Program-made: the position numbers and the translations under genes
Part shown: one piece after another, positions 10,291 to 19,400 of the stretch
Numbering within the stretch: the first letter of the stretch is position 1
How the letters are laid out: the number at the start of each line of letters is the position of its first letter
Notes under the pieces: model-generated
Database searches by the model: none
Seen by the model: the letters and a program-made list of their open reading frames with translations, nothing else
Told to the model about the DNA's origin: nothing
Sequence record: MN850645.1
Strand: one strand, 5' to 3'
From: Escherichia phage outra
Length of the DNA: 64,000 nucleotides

Positions 10291-10490
10291 TATACACCAG
10301 CCTTAAGATCAATTAAAGCCAAAGTTGTTTCAGAGTGTGTTTGCTCGTCTACAGGTGCAGTCATATGATAATACAAAAAATCTTCGGCATCATACCAATC
10401 TGATTCTTGACCTTGTTTCCAACCATCAATGAAAGCATCTTCCATAATGGTTTGCAATTCTTCACGAGTTAAGTGAATATCTTTACTCAT
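10290..10490 (-). CDS. hypothetical protein
   Basis: 66-aa ORF. Confidence 0.4.
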   Translation of the reverse strand: MSKDIHLTREELQTIMEDAFIDGWKQGQESDWYDAEDFLYYHMTAPVDEQTHSETTLALIDLKAGV

Positions 10491-10723
10491 TACACATTCT
10501 CCTCTTTTACCAATTCCATCGTTGAATTGTCAAAACCATCTTTAGAAGAATAGGTATAGACAGAACGTAGTTCTCGCAGGACAGTGAATACATTAGGATC
10601 ATCTAACCAAGCATCCTGGAGGAGAACATAACGATCTTCATTATCATACTGAACAGCAATCATAGAACCAGACAGTTTGTAAATTTTAATATTCATAATA
10701 TATTTCTCCTTAAAGTAGACCAC
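10490..10723 (-). CDS. hypothetical protein
   Basis: 77-aa ORF. Confidence 0.4.
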   Translation of the reverse strand: MVYFKEKYIMNIKIYKLSGSMIAVQYDNEDRYVLLQDAWLDDPNVFTVLRELRSVYTYSSKDGFDNSTMELVKEENV

Positions 10724-11813
10724 GTTTAACAGTTTGAATCATACCATCTTCAAGAGATTGCACTTCTTGAATGTAATCAATACGAGCAGCACGGGCTTCA
10801 GTGTTGATTCGGTTAGTTTCTTCCAACATTTTAACCAAGTTTTCTTGATCACGACGTAATGTTTCAATATCCAATACTTGACGATTAGCAAGTTGTGTAG
10901 CTTCAATTTGGTTTTGTGCAGCCAAATCACTACCCATTGCAATCGCAGCATTAAATTCATTTAGTACATTGTTCTGTGTATCGGCTGCTTTCTTCTGGCG
11001 TAGACTTTCAATATACATAGAAAAGTTTGCAGAGTAAGCAGGGATAACATTATTCACAATATTACGGGCTGATCGCATCAAACTTGCAGATACTTTCTGC
11101 ATACTTTGTACACGTGGCCCCATCTGAACACATAGTAAGCGTAAGGCTTTCAGGTCTGCAATACGAATTTCAAGCAGATCCATAGTATCACGAGTACGTT
11201 GACGCTCTTCTACCTCATTTTCAGGCAGTGTATTAAGGCGAATTTCTTCTTTTTCATAAGTAGCTGTTAGAAGCTCTATATCCCTGTTTAAACTAAGGGC
11301 ATATTTTGCAATAGCCTCTTCTAAACGTTGCAGATATCGTAAAGAATCTTCTTCTTTTTTCAAGTCTGTTTGGAGTGTCTTTACCAAACCTTCAATACGG
11401 TTATTGATGGTGTCAAATTCTCCAAACAAATCTTCTTTCATACCTAAAACTTTCTTAACTAGTTTACCTAAACCTTTAGATTGTTTAATAGAGTTAGGAT
11501 CAAGTTGCTTTGCTTGCTTAATAAGCGCAGTTAAACGTTCACTCATTTCATCTCCCTGAGATGAACGCTGGTGTTTAAGCACTTCAGCATTAAGGTTACG
11601 AAGAGTAAGTCCTGCATCAGCACCAACCTGTTCAATCTCTTCACGAGACATTGGAGGCAGCATTTGTACAGGTCGTGCAACAGCAGGGGCATATACAGGA
11701 CTTGCATCCATAGCAGTTGGAGCAAACAAAGACTTACTTTTTTCTGTTGTTGCCGTGAATACACTCATTTCAGACGGTTTGCTTTTTACGGCACTGATAA
11801 AAGGACTGGACAT
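10710..11813 (-). CDS. TelA-like (toxic anion resistance family) coiled-coil protein
   Basis: 367 aa, size and long coiled-coil profile fit TelA/KlaB; position inside ter-like cluster; GGAGG RBS. Confidence 0.45.
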   Translation of the reverse strand: MSSPFISAVKSKPSEMSVFTATTEKSKSLFAPTAMDASPVYAPAVARPVQMLPPMSREEIEQVGADAGLTLRNLNAEVLKHQRSSQGDEMSERLTALIKQAKQLDPNSIKQSKGLGKLVKKVLGMKEDLFGEFDTINNRIEGLVKTLQTDLKKEEDSLRYLQRLEEAIAKYALSLNRDIELLTATYEKEEIRLNTLPENEVEERQRTRDTMDLLEIRIADLKALRLLCVQMGPRVQSMQKVSASLMRSARNIVNNVIPAYSANFSMYIESLRQKKAADTQNNVLNEFNAAIAMGSDLAAQNQIEATQLANRQVLDIETLRRDQENLVKMLEETNRINTEARAARIDYIQEVQSLEDGMIQTVKRGLL

Positions 11814-11881
11814 TCAATTTCCTCCATATTCTTTAGTAGATGGTGATACTTCTATACCACCATCATAACACAAGTTAAGTA

Positions 11882-12733
11882 TTAAACAAACATATCTAAA
11901 TAATTTGTAGTAATAAATGCTCCATCTGCTTCCAGATTAACATAACCCGTGGTATTAGCAGTTAAGAAATCCAGATCGAAGGACTCTTTAACACCCCGTA
12001 CCTCAACACGAGAGATATCGAATACAGGTAGTGTAACAGCCTCTTCGTGCAATACCGTACCTTTGTAGGTTGCCTTAATGATAAACTTGATATTACCCGT
12101 TCCAGCATCATACAAAACACTTTCAAACCCTTTGAGAGTATATTTATCACCAGAAGTGAAGTGCAAAGTTGCTTTGTTTACAGTACGTTTTTTACGAGGA
12201 GTTCCTTTCACACGTTTATGATCACTACGTTTTTTGTATTTAGGAATGAATACAAACGATACACTCTCAAGAAAGGTATCAACATCAAGGATTTTAATAT
12301 CCTCTGTTGCAGCAAATTTTGAAGTCGTTGCATCAAAATGCTTTTCCCTGCGATCATACATAAAGATATCAAACCGATCTTCTAAATCAAACAAATTATG
12401 TATTTTAATTTCAGAATGCTTGCGCATTGCAGCAACCTTGAACTCTTCAAAACGTGGGTGTTCTACAAGTTCTTCAAGTTTTACACCAAAGACAGTATAT
12501 TGCTTCGAAGTCTTTTCTGGTGTTGGCATTACAGAAGCATAATCACCGATTGCGCTCTTAAAGCAAAATTGTTCTTGACCTGTATTTTTACCAACGAATT
12601 TACAGTATTCGTCATTGTGCATACTTTCCTTGGTAGTACCAACAAACTCAAAACCATCTTTATTCTTCTCAAGAATTTCTTGATTAAAGATCCAACCTTC
12701 CAGGCGATACACTTTACCAACTTCTAGTTTCAT
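11882..12733 (-). CDS. hypothetical protein
   Basis: 283-aa ORF. Confidence 0.45.
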   Translation of the reverse strand: MKLEVGKVYRLEGWIFNQEILEKNKDGFEFVGTTKESMHNDEYCKFVGKNTGQEQFCFKSAIGDYASVMPTPEKTSKQYTVFGVKLEELVEHPRFEEFKVAAMRKHSEIKIHNLFDLEDRFDIFMYDRREKHFDATTSKFAATEDIKILDVDTFLESVSFVFIPKYKKRSDHKRVKGTPRKKRTVNKATLHFTSGDKYTLKGFESVLYDAGTGNIKFIIKATYKGTVLHEEAVTLPVFDISRVEVRGVKESFDLDFLTANTTGYVNLEADGAFITTNYLDMFV

Positions 12734-12768
12734 CTGTTTCTCCTTCTTATTTAATCTGTATTAAATTA

Positions 12769-13374
12769 TTAACGACGACGTGAGCTACTAAAACTACGTT
12801 TCGACGAAGAATAACTTTTCGAAGACTTACTATAAGAGCTAATAGGACTTGAGTAAGACTTACGAGCAGAGTAATCACTATTCACTTTTGTTGTTGATGG
12901 GCGTGAATACGTTTGTACACTTTGCTGCTTAATTGTGTTTTGTTTAGTGGTTGTATATGTATTCCCTTGTTTATCATAAAACCTATGCTTTTGTGTTGTA
13001 TATGCTTTACTATTAGTTGTAGGAGCAGCGTTGTTATTGATAATTGTTGTATTGCTACCGCCATCTCTATAACCACCACCGCCACTATTACCACTCAACA
13101 TATGACCAAGAAGCATACCTGTAGCAAACTCACCTACGCCAGAAGAACCACTGCCGCCTCCTTGCACAACAACTGTTGAAGGTTGTGCAGGTGCTGCTTG
13201 AACAACTTGAGGTGCAGGCTGATTTACATATTGTTCATCTACCATCTGATTTGGTGTTTGTTGGTAACGTTGATTTTGTACATTTTCAGAATCATCACAA
13301 CCTACCAGCAATGCACTACCTAAAACAACTGCAACAATAAAAGATTTAATGTTTTTCATTTGTAACCCTCTCAT
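12769..13374 (-). CDS. lipoprotein with Gly-rich and S/Y/K-rich low-complexity C-terminus
   Basis: Signal peptide plus lipobox LLVGC; GGGSGSSG and SYSSPISSYSKSSKSYSSS tracts. Confidence 0.55.
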   Translation of the reverse strand: MRGLQMKNIKSFIVAVVLGSALLVGCDDSENVQNQRYQQTPNQMVDEQYVNQPAPQVVQAAPAQPSTVVVQGGGSGSSGVGEFATGMLLGHMLSGNSGGGGYRDGGSNTTIINNNAAPTTNSKAYTTQKHRFYDKQGNTYTTTKQNTIKQQSVQTYSRPSTTKVNSDYSARKSYSSPISSYSKSSKSYSSSKRSFSSSRRR

Positions 13375-13567
13375 TTAAAATCTCAACACAATTTTTAAAA
13401 TCCCTAGAGAAACAATACATCTGTTCTCCGTTCCTGTTGATAGTAATTGTATGGTTATCAATATATGTTGTCAAGATAAAAATCAAACAAAACAAACCTA
13501 GAGCAAAACAAATATTTTCAAACAGAATCCAAAGAACACGTAAAACCACCATCAGATCACCTCAATA

Positions 13568-13585
13568 AAGCCCCCGAAGGGGCTT
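13568..13585 (-). terminator. hairpin downstream of terC
   Basis: aagcccccgaaggggctt. Confidence 0.5.
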
Positions 13586-13591
13586 AATGAA

Positions 13592-14569
13592 TTAAGCAAC
13601 AGCCTGGTCTTCTTTTTCAGGGAAGATTAAACTTGCAAGAACACCCAGCCCAAGAGTACCTAACACAATATACATACTGATCGTCGGGTCAATGTGTGCT
13701 GGCAGGAAACTCACTTTTGCGTGCAGAGTTTCTGCAAACGGGTGATACATCAGTTTTACACCCACAAACACCAGGACTACGATAACTGCTTTCTCCAGAT
13801 GAACCAAATACTTCAGTGCAACACTAAGAACAAAGAACAGAGCACGTAAACCTAAGATTGCACAGAGCATCGAAGAGAACACCAGCAGAGGTTCTTGTGT
13901 CACTGCAATTACTGCTGGAACAGAGTCTACTGCAAAGATTACGTCAACCATTTCCATTACAAACACACAAACCAGAGCCGGAGTTGCTACACGAACACCA
14001 TTTTTGATTGTGAAGAACTTCTCACCATCCATCTGATCAGATACAGGGAACAGCTTACGAACAATGCGAGTAGCCCAGTGTTTAGAGTAATCAACTTCTG
14101 CATCATTATCTCCAGCGAATACCATTTTAGCCGCACAGAAAAGGATGACAGCACCGAAGAAGATATTAACATACCAGCCCAAACTCAACAAGTAAGTACC
14201 TACTGCTACAAACACACCTCGGAAGACAATCGCACCTGCAATACCCCAAAGTAGAATCTTGTGCTGCAAGTGTGTGCTTTTAATACCAAAACTTGCGAAT
14301 ACTGCTACAAATACTACTAAGTTATCTACAGAAAGAGATTTCTCCAACACATACCCACTCAAGAACAAGCTCGCAAAATCAGCACCGTGTTGGAAGTATA
14401 CAAAACCATAGTAGGCTAATGATACCCCAATCCAGAAAATTGACCAGCCAATTGCAGATTTAAATGAAATTTCTTTGTTTTCTCTGTGTCCAAAGAAGTC
14501 AATACAAATCGACAAGACTAAAATACCCACTAAAACAACCACATCAATAATTGGGAAACCCAGTTGCAT
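13592..14569 (-). CDS. terC: TerC-family integral membrane protein
   Basis: 325 aa, multiple TM segments, EKSLSVDNL hallmark; GAGGAG RBS. Confidence 0.8.
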   Translation of the reverse strand: MQLGFPIIDVVVLVGILVLSICIDFFGHRENKEISFKSAIGWSIFWIGVSLAYYGFVYFQHGADFASLFLSGYVLEKSLSVDNLVVFVAVFASFGIKSTHLQHKILLWGIAGAIVFRGVFVAVGTYLLSLGWYVNIFFGAVILFCAAKMVFAGDNDAEVDYSKHWATRIVRKLFPVSDQMDGEKFFTIKNGVRVATPALVCVFVMEMVDVIFAVDSVPAVIAVTQEPLLVFSSMLCAILGLRALFFVLSVALKYLVHLEKAVIVVLVFVGVKLMYHPFAETLHAKVSFLPAHIDPTISMYIVLGTLGLGVLASLIFPEKEDQAVA

Positions 14570-14646
14570 TCTTTTCTCCTCTTTAATGCGGAGGACAATC
14601 CTCCGCTCTATGTCTTATACTATAAACTGTTTTTAAAGAAAGTCAA

Positions 14647-14895
14647 CTAGTTCAGTTCTGTAATTTTAAGTTTATCTTCTTTGTTAATGACAGGGAAAGC
14701 TACAGCATCACCTACGTCATCAATAAAGCAAATAGCAAGACCACCTTCCACTTTGCTGATTTGACCATTAAAGGCGTGATACGGGGCAGGAACTTGATCT
14801 CCATCTTCAAGGAGAATAGCCTCGTAAACCTTGCCGATAGTACAATCACGAGTGTTTCTAAATTTTTCAAGCACTTCAACATTTACTTTACGCAT
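14647..14895 (-). CDS. hypothetical protein
   Basis: 82-aa ORF. Confidence 0.4.
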   Translation of the reverse strand: MRKVNVEVLEKFRNTRDCTIGKVYEAILLEDGDQVPAPYHAFNGQISKVEGGLAICFIDDVGDAVAFPVINKEDKLKITELN

Positions 14896-14909
14896 ATAAA
14901 AATCCTCTC

Positions 14910-15116
14910 TTATTTGTTAGATTGAAAGATACCACGAAGTACCGCAAGAATGAACGTCACACAGACTACACTCCAAAACGTTACAGGAACATGATGCCAG
15001 TCTAAGCCGATAATGTCAATCATATAGTTGTATGCTAAAAGCAGTAGCCAACTAGGGATTAACACAATCAAAAACACAACAATAAAACAACCTAATACTG
15101 CTAAAACACCTGCCAT
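14910..15116 (-). CDS. small membrane protein
   Basis: 68 aa, two hydrophobic segments. Confidence 0.4.
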   Translation of the reverse strand: MAGVLAVLGCFIVVFLIVLIPSWLLLLAYNYMIDIIGLDWHHVPVTFWSVVCVTFILAVLRGIFQSNK

Positions 15117-15125
15117 ACTTTCTCC

Positions 15126-15842
15126 TTATTTCAGTTTGTAAACAATTACATTTAAACCTTTGTTTACTAGAGTTTCTTCGATCATAAGTTTTACAATACT
15201 CCAAGAACCTCCAGCCAAACCACAACCAAGCATTGGTAAACCTACAATTTTACCGCCTGAAGATACAACATCGTCTCCCATACTATCTAACGCATTGTAG
15301 ATAGCTTCATAATTCAGGTCACGCTTACCTTCCTCACGACGACTATAACCATATTGTCCATATAAATTATAAATTGTCAAATTGTTTTCTATATATTTGG
15401 TAAACGTACCTAATTTTTTATAATCACCATGTTTAGTGGCACAATCTGCTTTAAACGCACCAGGCCACTTGCTTTTAATTTTTGGTGCAATACCACTACC
15501 CATAGTGCAAAAACAGTTACAGCAGTGTGCTATAGCGTCTATATCGCCTCTCTCGGCTGCTGCTAAAAGATCACCGTATACCTCAATGATACCTGCCGGA
15601 TAACTTGTTACAATTTCATCTTCCCAATACATTTTCTCTACACCACCGATCAGTGCAAAGTTTTGTGTAATGCGATCATCAATATAGTTAAGACCTGAAA
15701 CATACACAGCATATTCATCCTGTGCTGTAATACCTTGTACACGAATTCTTAAGACACCATCTTTATCTGTTGCTACACGCCCAAAATCTTTTTCTGTAAT
15801 ATTGGTGATAGGATCTCCGAAAGTCATTACTTTATTAGACAT
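15126..15842 (-). CDS. macro-domain protein (ADP-ribose binding/processing) with unknown N-terminal extension
   Basis: IAHCCNCFCTMGSGIA and GLPMLGCGLAGG resemble macro-domain glycine-rich loops; start placed at Met just after upstream stop. Confidence 0.55.
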   Translation of the reverse strand: MSNKVMTFGDPITNITEKDFGRVATDKDGVLRIRVQGITAQDEYAVYVSGLNYIDDRITQNFALIGGVEKMYWEDEIVTSYPAGIIEVYGDLLAAAERGDIDAIAHCCNCFCTMGSGIAPKIKSKWPGAFKADCATKHGDYKKLGTFTKYIENNLTIYNLYGQYGYSRREEGKRDLNYEAIYNALDSMGDDVVSSGGKIVGLPMLGCGLAGGSWSIVKLMIEETLVNKGLNVIVYKLK

Positions 15843-16692
15843 AATAATCCCCTTTAACATTAGATTTGTTGATAATGTTGCTTTCAAAAAATTGACGTAG
15901 GAAATCAAAGTTCTCTTTATATTTTTCAATGTTATTGTAGCCTTCTGCAAGGCAACCAAAGAACAGTTGTTCTACATAATACAAAGGAAGCTGTGAAAGT
16001 GCAATTTTAAAATCAACTTCGCTTTGACTCATTAGATACTTAATAGGACGAACCAAACATTTAGCATCAGTTTCTTGTTTAATCATTTTAATAAAAGCTG
16101 CCAGGTTATTGATATAGTTGAAGTTAAGTGCAGCTTCGGTATTGGCTTCTGTACCTTCATACTTTGCAAAGTACAGGAAAAACGTATCGTTTTCAACACC
16201 TTCTTTGTCTAAAATTTCAATAAGTTTTTCTTCGTGCGTTCCTGTAATATTAACATCATCAATGAAAATCAGAGTTTTATTACCCCAGAAATCACGATTG
16301 ATAGAGAAAGTGTCACCATCGATCAAAGCCTTACGATCTTCTTTGCTAAGAAATCCATAATCATTGATATAGCTCACTTTACGATGAACGATATCCCACT
16401 CCACTGCTTTACCTCCTTTGATAGAGATTAGGTAGTTGAGGTGATCTACAAAATGTTCAGATAACACTGTAGCTGCATTTTTCACATAGTTATATGGAGA
16501 TGGAATAACAACAAAACTTTCATTTACCAGTCGTTCTTCATACTTGGAAAAGAAACTTTCAGCCAGAATGCGCCCCATTCTTTTTGCTGCCTGGTTACTA
16601 CCAAACTTTAGCTTGGAATAATCTGCAATGTTAAATTTTGCTTCCTTCAGGTTAGTAAAAGTATTAGCAAAATGTTGAATTTGATTACGCAT
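15835..16692 (-). CDS. phosphoribosyltransferase (PRTase type I)-like protein
   Basis: 285 aa; TLIFIDDVNITGTH resembles the PRPP-binding motif. Confidence 0.5.
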   Translation of the reverse strand: MRNQIQHFANTFTNLKEAKFNIADYSKLKFGSNQAAKRMGRILAESFFSKYEERLVNESFVVIPSPYNYVKNAATVLSEHFVDHLNYLISIKGGKAVEWDIVHRKVSYINDYGFLSKEDRKALIDGDTFSINRDFWGNKTLIFIDDVNITGTHEEKLIEILDKEGVENDTFFLYFAKYEGTEANTEAALNFNYINNLAAFIKMIKQETDAKCLVRPIKYLMSQSEVDFKIALSQLPLYYVEQLFFGCLAEGYNNIEKYKENFDFLRQFFESNIINKSNVKGDYYV

Positions 16693-17341
16693 TAATAAGT
16701 TCCTCTTTTTTAAGTTTAGCCAACAAGTCTTCTGGATTAATAATATGACAGAACTTCATCCCTATGTCAACAGCTTTTCCATCATAGATCAAACTATCTC
16801 CAACGTGTAAGATCTCCTCTGGTGCGAGATCAAACGTTACCATTTCATCAAAAGAGAGTTTAAAAAACCTAGGATCTGGTTTACACAAGCAAAACTCGTC
16901 AGAAAAATGCATAAAGTCGAATGGTAATTTTGTCAAGCCAGAATATACAGCTAAAAAACTACCAGGTACAAAATTAGTATTGCTTTTAATACTCAAAGAA
17001 TAGGTTGAACTTAGCTCTTCCAACTTCTTGCAAAGTTCAGGGTTTAATGTTGGAGGATGTTTTATAAACATTGCTAAACAGTCTCTTTTTAACCCATCTA
17101 CTTTATCAAGATCAATGTTCAAACGAGCAGAAAGTGTTTCCCAAGCATTTCTAGATGTTCCACAAATGCCTTTTTCTGCTTTTAAATCCAGGAGAGTTTT
17201 TACCTCTTTATATACGGTAGCTGCTTCTACCTCAGAACAAGAGGCATACTCGGCAATAACCTTGTTGCGTTCTTCTGCATACAAAGGATTAGCAGTAATA
17301 AGAGTATTCCATACATCAAAAGAAATATGCTTAACAGTCAT
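16685..17341 (-). CDS. HAD-superfamily hydrolase-like protein
   Basis: ISFDVWNTL (motif I-like) and HVGDSLIYDGKAVDIG (motif IV-like); start at Met with GGAGG RBS. Confidence 0.5.
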   Translation of the reverse strand: MTVKHISFDVWNTLITANPLYAEERNKVIAEYASCSEVEAATVYKEVKTLLDLKAEKGICGTSRNAWETLSARLNIDLDKVDGLKRDCLAMFIKHPPTLNPELCKKLEELSSTYSLSIKSNTNFVPGSFLAVYSGLTKLPFDFMHFSDEFCLCKPDPRFFKLSFDEMVTFDLAPEEILHVGDSLIYDGKAVDIGMKFCHIINPEDLLAKLKKEELINA

Positions 17342-17510
17342 TTTTAATCCTCCGTCCAAAAGAATATCATCTGCTTAATTTTATTGATCTCTTGATGTAG
17401 TAACTTTCCAGCATGTGATTGATCTTTAATATTGACAGCAAGAATTTCAAGTTCCGTTAGTTTTTCTTGGATAGCTTTATATTCATCATCTGTAAGCATT
17501 TTCTTCCCCT

Positions 17511-17714
17511 TTAGAATGGTAATCTTTGTATGTCACTTATCCCCACACCAAGAAGTCTAGCAATATCCTTATCTAAAAGCAACTCTTTTTGTTCTAAAAT
17601 GTTAATCAGATCTCCTAATACTTCTTTAATGTCACGATCATTTTTAGCAACGTGACCACCTGCGGTATCAACTTTATCTTTAAAAACAAAATAATGATCC
17701 ATAATACCCTCCAT
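17511..17714 (-). CDS. hypothetical protein
   Basis: 67-aa ORF. Confidence 0.35.
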   Translation of the reverse strand: MEGIMDHYFVFKDKVDTAGGHVAKNDRDIKEVLGDLINILEQKELLLDKDIARLLGVGISDIQRLPF

Positions 17715-17715
17715 A

Positions 17716-17748
17716 CAAATAAAGGAGGCTTTCGCCTCCTTTTATCAC
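17716..17748 (-). terminator. bidirectional-looking hairpin terminator downstream of 17749..18909
   Basis: ggaggctttcgcctcc with T-tracts on both sides. Confidence 0.55.
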
Positions 17749-18909
17749 TTAGTAAGAACGACCACCAAACACATACTCTGTGTAGTTTTTACGTTCTTTG
17801 TTTTTAATAACAACTTCAATGTTGTTACCTTTATCATCGGTGAACATAAAGTGATAACCGTCACCGCCCATTGTACGGATGTGTTTTTCATCATACGTCA
17901 GCAAGATACGGTCTACACCCCAGTAGTAGTCACCTTCTTCGTCTTTATCTTCTACGGTAACGACTCCTTCCATTTCAGGAAGATGCTCTTCTCCTAGCTT
18001 ATGGTCTACAGCTACAACATAACGATTACCGCTAAACAAACCCTGTGCTGTCATACCGTCAATATCGGTATCTGCCGAAACATCTCCTGTACGATCTACA
18101 CCGTTAACTTTCAGAAGTTTAACTTCTTTTGCAGCATAGCGGTGTTCAGTAATACTGATACCCATTAATGCAAGTGCATCAGAGAATTTGTCATTAGGGT
18201 AACGGTTAAGTTCTTCTACTAATGACTGAACAATATCAAAGTTCAAGTCCACGGACAGATTATAAAGCGTTTCAAAATCTGGTAAAAAGGCTTTGTTCTC
18301 CAGATTTTTAGCCAGATAATCATCCATAGTAGCTTTAGGTAGTTTCTTATAGCTAAAGCTGTAGAAAATACGGCTAGGGCGATTACGCAAAAATTCTGAT
18401 ACATAACCATCATTTTTAGTCAATACAAACAGCTTGTCATAGCCACCAACACCATCCAGCAGGGTAAGCAAACCATCCTGTGCATCTTTTTCAGCATACA
18501 GTTTATCAAATTCATCGATCATAATCATCACAGGTTGTGTGATTTTAGACATAAAATTGATAAAGCCTTCACCATTAAAAGCACTACCGATAGAAATAGT
18601 AGGAATACCCATTTCACGAAGAGCAGAAGACAGCATTTTAGCTTGCAAAGTTTTACCGCTACCCTTCGTACCCTCAAGGAGAACACCTGTGTTTTTACCT
18701 TTGCGGCTAAGGAACGTCTTGATAATACGTTCTGATTTATCATCAGTATCACCGTATGTTACTGAAGGGACTTCCATATCGTTTTTAGGATACAGGAAGA
18801 ACTCGCCACTTTGAGTAACACCTACACCAAAAGTTCCTGCTGGAATTTCTTCAATATCTGTACCAGACTTCTGACGCAGGAAGATTTGATTGCCGAATAC
18901 TGTAAACAT
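17749..18909 (-). CDS. AAA+ family ATPase, paralog A
   Basis: 386 aa; Walker A GTKGSGKT, Walker B IMIDEFDKL; paralog of 33477..34604; GGAG RBS. Confidence 0.75.
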   Translation of the reverse strand: MFTVFGNQIFLRQKSGTDIEEIPAGTFGVGVTQSGEFFLYPKNDMEVPSVTYGDTDDKSERIIKTFLSRKGKNTGVLLEGTKGSGKTLQAKMLSSALREMGIPTISIGSAFNGEGFINFMSKITQPVMIMIDEFDKLYAEKDAQDGLLTLLDGVGGYDKLFVLTKNDGYVSEFLRNRPSRIFYSFSYKKLPKATMDDYLAKNLENKAFLPDFETLYNLSVDLNFDIVQSLVEELNRYPNDKFSDALALMGISITEHRYAAKEVKLLKVNGVDRTGDVSADTDIDGMTAQGLFSGNRYVVAVDHKLGEEHLPEMEGVVTVEDKDEEGDYYWGVDRILLTYDEKHIRTMGGDGYHFMFTDDKGNNIEVVIKNKERKNYTEYVFGGRSY

Positions 18910-18929
18910 AGTTTTCTCCTCTATTTAAT

Positions 18930-19400
18930 TTAGTCAGATTCCCAAATGTTGTCTTTCTTAACCCACATTCGTTGATTATCTGAACCTCTATAACGTTTCG
19001 TTGTTGGTTGAGTCATATCATACTTACCATCTATTACTATGTCAACCAGTTTTTTAATTTTCTCTGGAATTTCTTCAAAAAGATATCCTGTATATAAGAC
19101 AATATCTTTTTTGTTTCTAAAACAATCTCTTACCTTCTCAAGAACATACTCTACAGTGTCAATGTTCTCTTTGTCAAGAGGTTCACCACCTAAAACTGTT
19201 AATCCTTTAATGAAAGGTCGAGATAAATCTTTCAAGATAAGATCTAATGTTTCAGTAGTGAACTCTTGTCCGTAGTTATACGACCAGGCTTTCTGGTTAA
19301 AGCAGCCACGGCAACCGTGGCTACAACCGCTCACCCACAAAGAGCATCTTACACCATCACCGTTGAGCATGTCAACAGGTTCATATCCGGCGTAATTCAA
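18930..19400 (-). CDS. nrdG: anaerobic ribonucleotide reductase activating protein (radical SAM)
   Basis: 156 aa; CSHGCRGC radical-SAM cluster motif; overlaps nrdD stop. Confidence 0.85.
   Translation of the reverse strand: MNYAGYEPVDMLNGDGVRCSLWVSGCSHGCRGCFNQKAWSYNYGQEFTTETLDLILKDLSRPFIKGLTVLGGEPLDKENIDTVEYVLEKVRDCFRNKKDIVLYTGYLFEEIPEKIKKLVDIVIDGKYDMTQPTTKRYRGSDNQRMWVKKDNIWESD

Noticed and set aside
15843-15959. Longer N-terminal extension of the macro-domain ORF (track start at 15959)
   Set aside because: The extension would overlap the last 40 codons of the upstream PRTase-like gene; the internal Met at 15842, just after the upstream stop, is more plausible.
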